64,000 nt of DNA from Bacteroidota bacterium (GCA_029558715.1 JAKQEA010000038.1:8555-72554); one strand, 5' to 3'; shown: positions 1-9,195, numbered from the stretch's first letter. Made by a program: numbers and translations. Notes: generated from the sequence alone by a model not told the origin.

Positions 1-41
1 CGTATACGGCAAAACAACCGATGGACTGAGAGGTGGGTGAC

Positions 42-143
42 TGGTTAATTTGTTGATTAAGTTAATCAGGATTTCCAGATTCCGGATGAGATTTCATTTA
101 ATAAAATCTCAATGCCAAATTAACTTAATCAACAAATTAGCTA
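42..143. repeat. Long AT-rich inverted repeat. It has 21-bp perfect arms (46-66 and 119-139), extendable to about 25 bp with G-U pairs. The arms enclose a 52-nt loop containing a nested 7-bp hairpin (88-94 / 104-110).
   Basis: Left arm TAATTTGTTGATTAAGTTAAT is the exact reverse complement of right arm ATTAACTTAATCAACAAATTA. The inner pair is GAGATTT / AAATCTC. The element lies immediately 3' of the minus-strand sORF at 150..245. Confidence 0.8.
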
Positions 144-149
144 ATTCAC

Positions 150-245
150 TTATTTGTTCCTCTTCTTATGACGATTCTTTCTCAGTCTTTTTTTACGCTT
201 GTGCGTCGCAATTTTATGACGCTTCCTTTTTTTACCACAAGGCAT
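150..245 (-). CDS. Unlisted 31-aa highly basic sORF, a candidate small ribosomal protein of the bS22 / AURKAIP1-COX24 type
   Basis: Hand translation of the minus strand, from ATG at 245-243 to TAA at 152-150, gives MPCGKKRKRHKIATHKRKKRLRKNRHKKRNK. 21 of 31 residues are K/R/H. The signature KRKRHK..THKRKKRLRKNRHKK matches my memory of this family in Bacteroidota. Confidence 0.6.
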   Translation of the reverse strand: MPCGKKRKRHKIATHKRKKRLRKNRHKKRNK

Positions 246-306
246 ACTCAAATAATTTTTAAATCTTGTTTATAATAAGTTTTCTTATCCTTTTAAAAGG
301 AGGGGT

Positions 307-1188
307 TTATTTCTTCAACTCCTCAATTCGTTCTGAGATGGCCGCTTTAATATCTGCCAGCTTGATAAATGAAAGGCTTTTCTGATACCAGCTTATGGCA
401 TTAGCCTTTTCCCCTTTCCTCTCATACATATCTGCCATTAGTAATATAGCCTCAATATTATCCGGTTGCAAACCTAATACAGTTTGTAAACGGCCTATGG
501 CTTTGTCGTATTGCCCGGAAATCATGGATCCTTTTACCAGCATCATCTGTGCATATAAATTGGTGCTGTCTTTCTTTACTACCTCCATGATCTTAGAAAT
601 ACCCTCCATTGGAGTGGGAGAAATGTTTCCGAATAAGAAACAAGCACCCAGCCCAACTTTGGCTGAATCATTATCCCGGTTAATCTTCAAAGACCTGTCA
701 AACAAATCTTTGGCCTGCAGTGCTTTCCATCTTCTTCGTTGCACCAACTCATCATTCTGCAGGTTATCCAAAAATAAGCGGGCTGCAAATGTGAGGCTTT
801 TTTCCGAATTTTCCAATCTGGCCGCTTCTGCCTCATACCATGCATAGGGCTCAAAAATTCTCGCAGAGTCTTTCCAAAAATGAGATAATTGGTGGTAAAC
901 CTTTAGTTGCTGATTGTTAATATCTCCGCGGGTAATGGAATTTTCCAGTGTATTTAGTCGAATTACCTGCTCCGGGTTTAATTGTTTTTTGGCTATAACC
1001 AGAATACTATCAATGGATACAGCAGGTTGTTCATTCCCATGATCATGCCCATCATCGGCGCTATGCTGTTGATTTTCAGATGCTATTATTGTTTTTTTGG
1101 CAGGAACAGTTCGTCCAAACGCATAAATAACCGCAACAAGGATGAGGGCTGCTATAATCGTAATAAGCTGAGGTTTCTTCACAATCAA
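307..1188 (-). CDS. TPR-repeat protein with an N-terminal membrane anchor
   Basis: 293-aa ORF. It has an N-terminal hydrophobic helix (ITIIAALILVAVIYAF) followed by TPR-like helical repeats (e.g. GQYDKAIGRLQTVLGLQPDNIEAILLMADMYERKGEKANAISWYQKSL). Confidence 0.7.
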   Translation of the reverse strand: MIVKKPQLITIIAALILVAVIYAFGRTVPAKKTIIASENQQHSADDGHDHGNEQPAVSIDSILVIAKKQLNPEQVIRLNTLENSITRGDINNQQLKVYHQLSHFWKDSARIFEPYAWYEAEAARLENSEKSLTFAARLFLDNLQNDELVQRRRWKALQAKDLFDRSLKINRDNDSAKVGLGACFLFGNISPTPMEGISKIMEVVKKDSTNLYAQMMLVKGSMISGQYDKAIGRLQTVLGLQPDNIEAILLMADMYERKGEKANAISWYQKSLSFIKLADIKAAISERIEELKK

Positions 1189-1268
1189 AAAATTCAGATT
1201 GCAAAGTTACCCTAAAGGCAATGAATTGCAGGCGGTAAGAAAAAATCTTTTGGATTCAGAAATAAGTA

Positions 1269-1589
1269 TTATTCGGCTTCCTCTCCTGGCCCGGGATCCG
1301 GTTTAGGTTCTTTTAATTTTTTTACCTCTGCTACAAACTCTTTGGCAGGCTTAAATGCAGGAATATAATGCTCGGGTATATGAACGGCGATATTTTTTTT
1401 GATATTACGCCCAATTTTAGCAGCTCTCTTTTTTGTTATAAAGCTACCAAAGCCACGGATATAGATGTTCTCGCCACCAGCAAGGGTGTCCTTTACTTCC
1501 TTGAACATGGTTTCAAGAGTAACAAGCACATCTACCTTTGGTATGCCTGTTTTTTCAGAAATCTGATTTACCAGGTCGGCTTTTCTCAT
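1269..1589 (-). CDS. HU family DNA-binding protein
   Basis: 106-aa ORF with the HU/IHF pattern: MRKADLVNQISEKTG..., RGFGSF..KKRAAKIGRN, IPAFKPAKEF. It is divergent from mutY. Confidence 0.9.
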   Translation of the reverse strand: MRKADLVNQISEKTGIPKVDVLVTLETMFKEVKDTLAGGENIYIRGFGSFITKKRAAKIGRNIKKNIAVHIPEHYIPAFKPAKEFVAEVKKLKEPKPDPGPGEEAE

Positions 1590-1742
1590 TGTTGCAGGTT
1601 TTTAGGGGTTTTATAAAGCCAATTTATGACAAAATAATATGATAGTCAACTAAATAGGCATAATTTTTTTCAACCGGCTTTGCACCAGTGAGCTTAAAAT
1701 GGTGGATATTGAGCTCTGAAATTAATTACCGGGATCAATTTT

Positions 1743-2840
1743 ATGCAAAAAAACGGCACAGAAAAGCTTAAAACCAGATTCGCAAAGACTCTTTTAAAAT
1801 GGAATACAACAAGCAATACCCGTCAAATGCCATGGAAAGGAGAAAAGGATCCTTATAAGATATGGTTAAGTGAAATCATATTGCAACAGACCCGTGTAGA
1901 GCAAGGACTGAAATATTATAACAATTTTGTAAAGACTTTCCCGGATGTACATAGGTTGGCAAAAGCTAAGGAGGAGAAAGTTTTCAAATTGTGGGAAGGG
2001 TTAGGTTATTATTCAAGATGCAGAAACATGCTTGCCACCGCCAGGTATATTTCAAAAGAATTAAAAGGAAGGTTTCCGGTAAAATATGAGGAAATAAAGC
2101 AACTAAAAGGAATTGGGCCGTATACTGCTGCAGCTATTTCTTCTTTCGCCTTTAATTTACCCTATGCTGTCGTAGATGGTAATGTGTTCAGGGTTTTGTC
2201 CCGCCTGTTTGGCATTGATAAACCCATCGATTCTGCAGAGGGTAAAAAATACTTTTCTCTTCTTGCTGAAAAGCTTCTTGATAAGAAAAAGCCAGGTTTG
2301 TATAACCAGGCCATCATGGATTTCGGGGCAGTAATATGCAAACCTGCGGCACCTCTTTGTTCAAGCTGTATTTTCAAAAAAGAATGTGTGGCTTTTACGG
2401 CTGATAAAATCAATGAATTACCTGTGAAAGAGAAAAAAATCAATATCAAGAAACGATGGTTTTACTATGCAGTGCTTGAGTATAAAAATGAAATAGCTGT
2501 AAACAAGCGGTCGGAAAAAGATATCTGGCAGGGGTTGTATGAGTTTATACTGTTCGAAAAAAATAAAGAGACAGTTAGAGAGATAATTTTGAATCAGCTC
2601 GAAAAAAAGAGATGGTTACAAAAGAAAAACTATGAATTAATATCGGTTTCACCCCTTTTTAAGCAACAACTTTCTCATCAACTGATTGCCGGACAATTTA
2701 TAAGAATAAAACTTTCACAAAAGCCGGCTGATCTGCCTGCCGGGCAATGGGTTACTAAAAGCAGGATAGAGAAATATGCTTTTCCGCAGTTCATTAATCA
2801 GTATCTCAGAGAGAATGGAGGGCAGCAAAGTTTGTTCTGA
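1743..2840 (+). CDS. mutY: A/G-specific adenine DNA glycosylase
   Basis: 365 aa. Contains the HhH-GPD motif (LKGIGPYTAAAI), the Fe-S Cys cluster CKPAAPLCSSCIFKKEC, and a C-terminal NUDIX-like domain. Confidence 0.9.
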   Translation: MQKNGTEKLKTRFAKTLLKWNTTSNTRQMPWKGEKDPYKIWLSEIILQQTRVEQGLKYYNNFVKTFPDVHRLAKAKEEKVFKLWEGLGYYSRCRNMLATARYISKELKGRFPVKYEEIKQLKGIGPYTAAAISSFAFNLPYAVVDGNVFRVLSRLFGIDKPIDSAEGKKYFSLLAEKLLDKKKPGLYNQAIMDFGAVICKPAAPLCSSCIFKKECVAFTADKINELPVKEKKINIKKRWFYYAVLEYKNEIAVNKRSEKDIWQGLYEFILFEKNKETVREIILNQLEKKRWLQKKNYELISVSPLFKQQLSHQLIAGQFIRIKLSQKPADLPAGQWVTKSRIEKYAFPQFINQYLRENGGQQSLF

Positions 2841-2950
2841 TGTTAAATAAACCGGGGCAATCTACTTTTTGTTGTTTCAGCCTGAAAAAGAAATTAACTT
2901 TAAGGAACATTGTTTGCCGCAGATGATTTCTTAACCTAAAGAATAAATGT

Positions 2951-3379
2951 ATGAGAGGCGTAAACAGAGTAATGCTTATTGGCAATCTGGGCAAAGACCC
3001 GGACGTACAACACCTGGAAGGAAATATTGCTGTAGCCAAATTTCCCCTGGCGACTACAGAAACTTTTAAAGACAGAACCGGAAAATTAGTATCACAAACG
3101 GAGTGGCATACTGTCGTTTTGTGGCGTGGCCTTGCTGAACTGGCTCAGAAATATTTACACAAAAGCAGTCTTGTATACATTGAGGGAAGATTAAGAACCC
3201 GCAGCTGGGATGATAAAGATGGTAACCGCAAATTTGCTACTGAAGTAGTGGGTGATAATCTTATTATGCTGGATAAAAGAATGGATGGAACTGGTTCGGC
3301 CGGAGAGGGCGGAGGTCTTGAAGGAATGGGTGGTTCGGATATGCCGATAGGGGACCCCTCTGAAAATCTCCCCTTTTAG
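2951..3379 (+). CDS. ssb: Single-stranded DNA-binding protein
   Basis: OB-fold N-terminus MRGVNRVMLIGNLGKDPDV, a Gly-rich linker, and an acidic tail ending ENLPF. Confidence 0.93.
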   Translation: MRGVNRVMLIGNLGKDPDVQHLEGNIAVAKFPLATTETFKDRTGKLVSQTEWHTVVLWRGLAELAQKYLHKSSLVYIEGRLRTRSWDDKDGNRKFATEVVGDNLIMLDKRMDGTGSAGEGGGLEGMGGSDMPIGDPSENLPF

Positions 3380-3494
3380 TAATCAATTTCAAATATGATA
3401 CCTTTGTCCGGTAATATGAAGGCAGGCCTTATGACCTGCTTTTTTAACCTTTTTTGCTGGCGGAGAGGTTAAATTATAAACATAATCCTTTGCT

Positions 3495-4856
3495 TTGGAG
3501 AATCATTCGGTCCTTATTTCTTTACTTGATATGATTTACATGTTCCTGCTGTATGTCAACCCGCAGGGAACTACTTTTTTGGCCGTTACATTAGTTGTTT
3601 TGTTACTCCTCACTTTTGCTATTTCAGGCTCGGAAGTAGCTTTATTCTCGCTTAATAAAAAGGATTTGAATATGCTGAAAACAAAACAGCATGCATCTGC
3701 CAGGCGTATTGTTACTTTATTGGAAGAGCCGAAAGAAGTATATGCCTCATTATTAATTGCCGGTACTTTCATTAATATCAGCATTATTGTTCTCTCTAAT
3801 TTTCTTCTCTCGGAATTTATCTCTTTTGGTAAAGCCGGACCTGTTGTGGAAATATTGTTTAAAGTAGTGGTCATTACTTTTGTATTAGTGTTTTTTGGAA
3901 AAATATTACCTAAGGTGTGGGCCACACAGAATAATCTCCGGTTTGCCTATGACTGGTCCTTTATTGTAGAGGGTCTGCATCTTTTATTGCGCCGTATCAG
4001 TAAGTGGATCGTTAAACTCGCTGATGGTATTGGCAAAAGGGTTGGTGCAGATAAGAGTGATATATTAAGTATGCAGGAATTGGATGAAGCTATTGATATA
4101 AAAACGGATGAAGAAGCGTCTCCGGAAGAAAAAAACATTATGAAGGGAGTAGTAAAGTTTGGTAATATATCAGTGAAGCAGATTATGCGAAGCCGGTTGT
4201 ATGTAAATGGAATAGACCATAGTGCTTCCTTTACTAATGTTATCAAAAGAGTAGAAGAGCTTCATTATTCAAGATTGCCTGTTTACAAAGATAGTTTGGA
4301 TGATGTGGTAGGCATCTTAAATACCAAAGACCTGATCCCATACCTGCACGAAGGGGAAGATTTCGACTGGCATCCCCTGATGCGACAACCTTATTTTGTA
4401 CCTGAACCTAAATTGATCGAGGATCTGCTAAAAGAATTCCAGCAAAAAAGAATTCATTTTGCAGTTGTGGTGGATGAATTTGGTGGTACGAGTGGTATTG
4501 TCACGATGGAGGATATACTGGAGGAAGTAATTGGGGATATTAAAGATGAATTTGATGATGAAGAAAGCGATAACTATAAACTGGATGATAATAACTACAT
4601 CTTTGAAGGCAAGGTAATGTTGCATGATATGTGCAGGATCATGAAAATACCCATGACCACTTTCGATGATGTAAAAGGAGAAAGTGAATCACTTGCCGGG
4701 TTGGTGCTGGAGCTGGCAGGGGAACTACCTACTGTGGACTGGGTAATCCCTTGCGGAGATTTTGAATTTGCTATTATGCAAGCTGAAAATAACCGGATTC
4801 AATTAGTGAAAGTGACAATAAAACCTAAATCAGATACACCAGATCAGGATGATTAA
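3495..4856 (+). CDS. gldE: Gliding motility-associated protein GldE (DUF21 + CBS pair + CorC/HlyC C-terminal domain)
   Basis: N-terminal TM region, CBS region, and a CorC_HlyC-like C-terminus (FGGTSGIVTMEDILEEVIGDIKDEFD). It lies directly upstream of and overlaps the gldD-like gene, as I recall for Flavobacterium. The start is uncertain: TTG at 3495 or ATG at 3531. Confidence 0.8.
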   Translation: MENHSVLISLLDMIYMFLLYVNPQGTTFLAVTLVVLLLLTFAISGSEVALFSLNKKDLNMLKTKQHASARRIVTLLEEPKEVYASLLIAGTFINISIIVLSNFLLSEFISFGKAGPVVEILFKVVVITFVLVFFGKILPKVWATQNNLRFAYDWSFIVEGLHLLLRRISKWIVKLADGIGKRVGADKSDILSMQELDEAIDIKTDEEASPEEKNIMKGVVKFGNISVKQIMRSRLYVNGIDHSASFTNVIKRVEELHYSRLPVYKDSLDDVVGILNTKDLIPYLHEGEDFDWHPLMRQPYFVPEPKLIEDLLKEFQQKRIHFAVVVDEFGGTSGIVTMEDILEEVIGDIKDEFDDEESDNYKLDDNNYIFEGKVMLHDMCRIMKIPMTTFDDVKGESESLAGLVLELAGELPTVDWVIPCGDFEFAIMQAENNRIQLVKVTIKPKSDTPDQDD

Positions 4857-5448
4857 AATGAATAAATATTTTGCAGGCTTTACAGCCGGTTTTTTTTTGT
4901 TTCTTTCCTGTAACAGCGACTATTCTGCAGGTAAGAAAAAAGGATATTTCAAGATTGATTTTCCTGAAAAAAAATACCAGGAGTTTAAGCAGCCCGATTA
5001 CCCTTATACATTTGAGTACCCTGTTTATGCCAATATAATCAAAGACACTACGTTTTTTGAGGATAAAGCCGGTGACTGGTGGATCAATATTGATATCCCC
5101 CGTTTTAATGGCAGAATACATGTAAGCTACAAACCTATTAATGCACAGAATAATTTCGATTCATTAGTCAGGGATGGATTTAAGATGGCGTATAAACAAC
5201 ATGTTGATGTCGCTACAGGGATTAACGACAGCGCCATGCTAACTCCTAATGGAGTTGAGGGTATCTATTTTTCTCTTGGCGGAAACACAGCTACGGCTAA
5301 TCAGTTCTTTTTAACTGATTCAACAAAACATTTTTTAAGAGGCGCTCTTTATTTTGATGCAGCTCCCAATGCAGATTCATTGGGAATTGTGAATGATTTT
5401 CTGAAGAAAGATCTACAGCATCTTATTAATACTCTTAAATGGAAATAA
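4849..5448 (+). CDS. gldD: Gliding motility lipoprotein GldD
   Basis: Lipobox FLFLSC, then the KKGYFKIDFPEKKY...YPYTFEYPVYANI pattern recalled for GldD. Position after gldE agrees. An alternative ATG is at 4858. Confidence 0.75.
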   Translation: MIKMNKYFAGFTAGFFLFLSCNSDYSAGKKKGYFKIDFPEKKYQEFKQPDYPYTFEYPVYANIIKDTTFFEDKAGDWWINIDIPRFNGRIHVSYKPINAQNNFDSLVRDGFKMAYKQHVDVATGINDSAMLTPNGVEGIYFSLGGNTATANQFFLTDSTKHFLRGALYFDAAPNADSLGIVNDFLKKDLQHLINTLKWK

Positions 5449-5449
5449 A

Positions 5450-5476
5450 ATCCTTCCCGTTGTAAGCGGGAAGGAT
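5450..5476. terminator. Bidirectional hairpin between convergent gldD and the 117-aa gene
   Basis: ATCCTTCCCG (5450-5459) pairs with CGGGAAGGAT (5467-5476), giving a 10-bp perfect stem with a 7-nt loop. Confidence 0.6.
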
Positions 5477-5494
5477 GAGCAACTTGTCGATAAT

Positions 5495-5848
5495 TTACTG
5501 CTCTTTATTTTCTGTTTTCTTAGGATCAGTTTTCCGGGGCTGTGTTACTTCTTTAATCTCATCCCTCAGGGGGGCACGGCTAAAAAGTTCAGCATCTATT
5601 TTTTTACTCCTTTTTTTAATAGTAACAGTTTCTTTTTTGGAGAGTTTGGTTTCCTTTTCATTGATAACTTCTTCTTTGGCAATTCCAGTTGTTGGTTTGT
5701 TAACAGGAATTGTTACTGCTGGTTTCTTTTTTTCTTCGACATACATGCTCTTAAATTCTTTTTTATGGCTTGTTTTCCTATAGTCAACAAAACCATAGAT
5801 ACTGACGCCGATCATTAACGCTGCGCCTGCGTACAGGATTGATTTCAT
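5495..5848 (-). CDS. Small membrane-anchored Lys/Glu-rich protein of unknown function
   Basis: 117 aa. It has an N-terminal TM helix (ILYAGAALMIGVSIYGFV) and a charged low-complexity tail. The overlapping plus-strand ORF (5475..5783) looks like an antisense artefact rich in S/L/F. Confidence 0.5.
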   Translation of the reverse strand: MKSILYAGAALMIGVSIYGFVDYRKTSHKKEFKSMYVEEKKKPAVTIPVNKPTTGIAKEEVINEKETKLSKKETVTIKKRSKKIDAELFSRAPLRDEIKEVTQPRKTDPKKTENKEQ

Positions 5849-5900
5849 TTTTGATTATTTTATGGTTACAAAAATTGTTACTGCTGTTGCTTTTATTTAA

Positions 5901-6623
5901 CTATATCGAGAATGATCGTAAATAGTTTCGGCTTTGCCTGTATATAACCCATTCAGCAAAAAGCATATTACCAAGTACACTGATCCAAAGTGATAGCTCA
6001 TAGTTTTCGAGGTGCCCCCAGTCAAGCAGGTAGAATATAATATGATAAATGCGAAATGTAACAGCAGTCATAGCCATCGCATAACTTCTTATCATCCAAA
6101 CCTTGTGAGCCAGAACATTTCTTTTGTGGATGGTGTTAAGTCCATAAAGTGTGGTTACAAACCACCAGGCTGCCATAAACATGAATAAAGCCCTTTCCCA
6201 AAAACTCCCTTTGGCAAAAAAGGACATATACAAGCCAGTAGGAGCTCCCAGGAATAAAACCACGGCCACATAAATCTTTCCGCTTACACGATGTACTGAC
6301 TTAGATTTTTTTAAAATATACCTGGAGAATTGGATCAATGCAGCTCCAATGCATATAGCACCTGCAGCTATGTGAATGTAAAAGCATGACTTGTACATAC
6401 CGTTTGAAAACAGCAGGCTTCGCTCCTCAATAAAATCAAAGTTTTCGCTAAAAGAGAAATAAGGTAATGTATTGTAAATGAGTAAAAGGCTAAAAGCGGT
6501 TACCGGTATCCAAAACAACATCTGGATGAAAACCCGGGCCGATTGCTGGAAAGTAGTGACTCTTGTGTTGTGCATACAGCTGGTTGTGATAACAGATAGA
6601 TGCCTGCCATAAAATCTCTCCAT
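5901..6623 (-). CDS. Multi-pass membrane protein, DUF2306-like
   Basis: 240-aa ORF with about 6 hydrophobic helices. The family assignment is from memory only. The true start is probably an internal Met. Confidence 0.5.
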   Translation of the reverse strand: MERFYGRHLSVITTSCMHNTRVTTFQQSARVFIQMLFWIPVTAFSLLLIYNTLPYFSFSENFDFIEERSLLFSNGMYKSCFYIHIAAGAICIGAALIQFSRYILKKSKSVHRVSGKIYVAVVLFLGAPTGLYMSFFAKGSFWERALFMFMAAWWFVTTLYGLNTIHKRNVLAHKVWMIRSYAMAMTAVTFRIYHIIFYLLDWGHLENYELSLWISVLGNMLFAEWVIYRQSRNYLRSFSI

Positions 6624-6723
6624 AACCAGCTCTTGTTACATCTTTGTTAAAGGAATTTTTAATAGCTATTGAATGTTTCTTAATTTGAGAGCTATTCATA
6701 ACCTCTTATCTATGGTTAATCGT

Positions 6724-8541
6724 ATGGCTTTATGGTATATTGTAATTTTATGTACGGCTGTTTCAATGAAGGTGTTTGCCCAGCAGCCGGAAGCAATAGA
6801 CTCTCTTAAAATCGCCCTGGCAGAAGCAAAAACGCCGGATGAAAAAGGCTATTGGTACGATAACCTTTCCCGGACGATGATGAATGTGAACCCCAAAGCG
6901 GCTGATTCTTTGGGTGAACAGTTTATCCTCTTTGCTGAAGAAAGCCGTAACCGTAAGCTTATGTTTGATGCTTACATGTCCAATGGGTTACGTTGCAGTT
7001 ATTTTCGGGGGCAAAAAGCCTATATAGAAAGAAGTATAGTATATTATGAAAAGGCCCTCCTCATTGCTGAGCAGAACAATATGGAAAAACGTTCAGGAGC
7101 CGCATTGTTACAACTGGCGGATATACATCTTGCCATACCTGATAAGGATAAGGCCCTGAAATATGTGGCCGAAGGATCTTCCCGAATCGCTGCTACGAAG
7201 GATGATAGCCTGAAAGTGGAGTCAAACAATATCTACGGTAAGGTATACCTGGCCCGCAATGAAAAAAAGATGGCCCTGCGGCAGCACCTCATCGCTCTCG
7301 AGATATCGGAGGAATTAAAGGCAGACAATGCAGAGAAGAAGCGGTTGAAGAATGAACTGAAGCGTAATTGTTACCTCTACCTGGCTAATTTTTACGCTAC
7401 CATTGAAAGTTTTGATAAGGCAATCGACAATTATACTTCAGCCTATAAGATGCTTGACAACCTTACCGACAGAAGAGTGCCTTACCAACGATGTATAGAT
7501 ATCAATGCAATTGGTAACCTATTCGCACAGAAAAAGAACTACGATATTGCTATCAGTTATTTTGAAAGATCAATCCGCATGGCAGATTCCCTGAAGTTTG
7601 CTACACTAAAACTACCGGGATATGTCAGTATGTTAAATCAGTACCTGAGAATGGACCAACCCGAAAAAGCATTGAATTACCTGAATTCATCAGCCGGGAA
7701 AAACTTAAAAGAATACCTGACTACTTTCAGGATGTCCGGTATAATTGACCAGGCCTATGCTTTTGTATATACAGAGTTGAGTAAATATGATTCGGCCCGA
7801 AAATATTTCGACAAGGCACTTCCCTATTTTGAAGCTAACTTGAACGATAATAATAAAGTGGGACTCTACCTGCAGATGGGGAAGCTTTTTACCAAAACAG
7901 GGGAGACGGCAAAAGCAATTGAAAATTATCTCAAAGCAAAAGAGATTGGAGAAAAGAACGGCTCTCTGGAGATTACGATGACTGCTGTAAAATACCTGGA
8001 CTCATTGCACAAAAACAAGAGTGATTTTCGCACTGCCAGTATGTACAATGGTATGTACTACCTGTATAAAGACAGTATAGATAAACTAAATAAAGAGAAA
8101 GAGCTGGCACAAGTGGAAGCAACAGCAGAGGAACAACGAAATGAAAGAATAAGGAAAGAGCAAGAAGAGACGAAAAGACGAAAGAACAATATTCAGTATA
8201 TGGCCATTACTTTGGGCATTGTAGTGCTTTTCATTGCTCTTGTCATTCTGGGTATGTTTAAAGTCTCTGCCGGGCTGATTAAAGCAGTTGGTTTCTTCGT
8301 ATTCCTGATGTTGTTTGAATTCATTTTCCTTGTATTTAAAAAGAATATTTATTCTATCACCAACGGTGAGCCGTGGAAAGATCTTATTTTTATGATAGCG
8401 CTGGCGGCCTTGCTGGTGCCGTTGCACCACTGGCTGGAGCATAAGGTGTTGCATTATCTTACCTCGCACAACAGGCTCACCTCTGCAGGACATCATATAA
8501 GGAACAAACTCTTTAAAAGAACAAATGAAGGCCGGCAATAA
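6724..8541 (+). CDS. TPR-repeat protein with a signal peptide, a coiled coil and C-terminal TM helices
   Basis: Signal peptide MALWYIVILCTAVSMKVFAQQ; about 440 aa of TPR-like repeats; a coiled coil (KEKELAQVEATAEEQRNERIRKEQEETKRRK); then 3 TM helices. The ORF track starts at 6673; ATG at 6724 fits the signal peptide. Confidence 0.7.
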   Translation: MALWYIVILCTAVSMKVFAQQPEAIDSLKIALAEAKTPDEKGYWYDNLSRTMMNVNPKAADSLGEQFILFAEESRNRKLMFDAYMSNGLRCSYFRGQKAYIERSIVYYEKALLIAEQNNMEKRSGAALLQLADIHLAIPDKDKALKYVAEGSSRIAATKDDSLKVESNNIYGKVYLARNEKKMALRQHLIALEISEELKADNAEKKRLKNELKRNCYLYLANFYATIESFDKAIDNYTSAYKMLDNLTDRRVPYQRCIDINAIGNLFAQKKNYDIAISYFERSIRMADSLKFATLKLPGYVSMLNQYLRMDQPEKALNYLNSSAGKNLKEYLTTFRMSGIIDQAYAFVYTELSKYDSARKYFDKALPYFEANLNDNNKVGLYLQMGKLFTKTGETAKAIENYLKAKEIGEKNGSLEITMTAVKYLDSLHKNKSDFRTASMYNGMYYLYKDSIDKLNKEKELAQVEATAEEQRNERIRKEQEETKRRKNNIQYMAITLGIVVLFIALVILGMFKVSAGLIKAVGFFVFLMLFEFIFLVFKKNIYSITNGEPWKDLIFMIALAALLVPLHHWLEHKVLHYLTSHNRLTSAGHHIRNKLFKRTNEGRQ

Positions 8542-8575
8542 ACCGGCCCTTACCTTTGCATCAAAATAAACGGTT

Positions 8576-9178
8576 TTGATAGTAATTGATAATATCCTGA
8601 TCACCGAGGATGTGGTGGATAAAAAATTTGTATGCGATCTTAACAAATGTAAAGGAGGTTGTTGTGAAGATGGGGCTGCCGGTGCGCCGTTGGATAAGGA
8701 AGAGCTGAAAATTATTACTGACTTGTACGAAAAGGTAAAGCCCTATCTTACAAAGGCTGCTATCGCTGAAATAGAGAAGAAAGGGTTTTATGTATATGAC
8801 AAGGAGTTTGAATGGGTGACACCAACCCTGGATAGTGATAATGAAATTTGTGTATATGGTATCCGTGAAGAAAATGGGATAATCAAATGTGCTTTTGAGC
8901 AGGCATTTAATGAAGGAGTTATTCCCTGGAAAAAACCGATCAGTTGCCACCTGTATCCTATCATTGCCAAAAAGGGGAAACATGGTGATTATGAAAGAGT
9001 GAATTATGAGCCACGGGAACAAATGTGCAGTCCTGCCTGTGCGCTGGGAGAAAAATTAAAAGTACCCGTTTACCAGTTTTTAAAAGAACCGTTGATCAGG
9101 AAATACGGAGAAGATTTTTATAATGCACTAGACACAATAGCAAAAGGAGAATGGGAAGAAATCGATTTTAAAGAGTAA
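8576..9178 (+). CDS. DUF3109 family protein (Cys-rich)
   Basis: N-terminus IVIDNILITEDVVDKKFVCDLNKCKGGCCEDG matches the recalled DUF3109 signature. TTG start. Confidence 0.7.
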   Translation: MIVIDNILITEDVVDKKFVCDLNKCKGGCCEDGAAGAPLDKEELKIITDLYEKVKPYLTKAAIAEIEKKGFYVYDKEFEWVTPTLDSDNEICVYGIREENGIIKCAFEQAFNEGVIPWKKPISCHLYPIIAKKGKHGDYERVNYEPREQMCSPACALGEKLKVPVYQFLKEPLIRKYGEDFYNALDTIAKGEWEEIDFKE

Positions 9179-9195
9179 CTCAACAAACTTTACCA

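Noticed and set aside
50-262. 70-aa plus-strand ORF from the track
   Set aside because: The translation is low-complexity and Cys/Ser/Phe/Ile-rich. It spans the long inverted repeat and lies antisense to a much more convincing 31-aa basic sORF.
4890-4974. T9 (4890-4898) and A8 (4967-4974) homopolymer tracts in the 5' part of gldD
   Set aside because: They could in principle slip. However, tracts of this length are frequent throughout this AT-rich window (e.g. in the DinB gene) and simply encode Phe and Lys runs. There is no evidence of phase variation.
5475-5783. 102-aa plus-strand ORF
   Set aside because: It mirrors a Lys/Glu-rich minus-strand gene, and its S/L/F-rich composition is the expected antisense artefact. 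The terminator hairpin at 5450-5476 fits the convergent arrangement with the minus-strand gene.
8086-9022. Minus-strand ORFs 8086..8646 and 8561..9022
   Set aside because: They are antisense to the TPR-TM gene and the DUF3109 gene, and their translations are poor.
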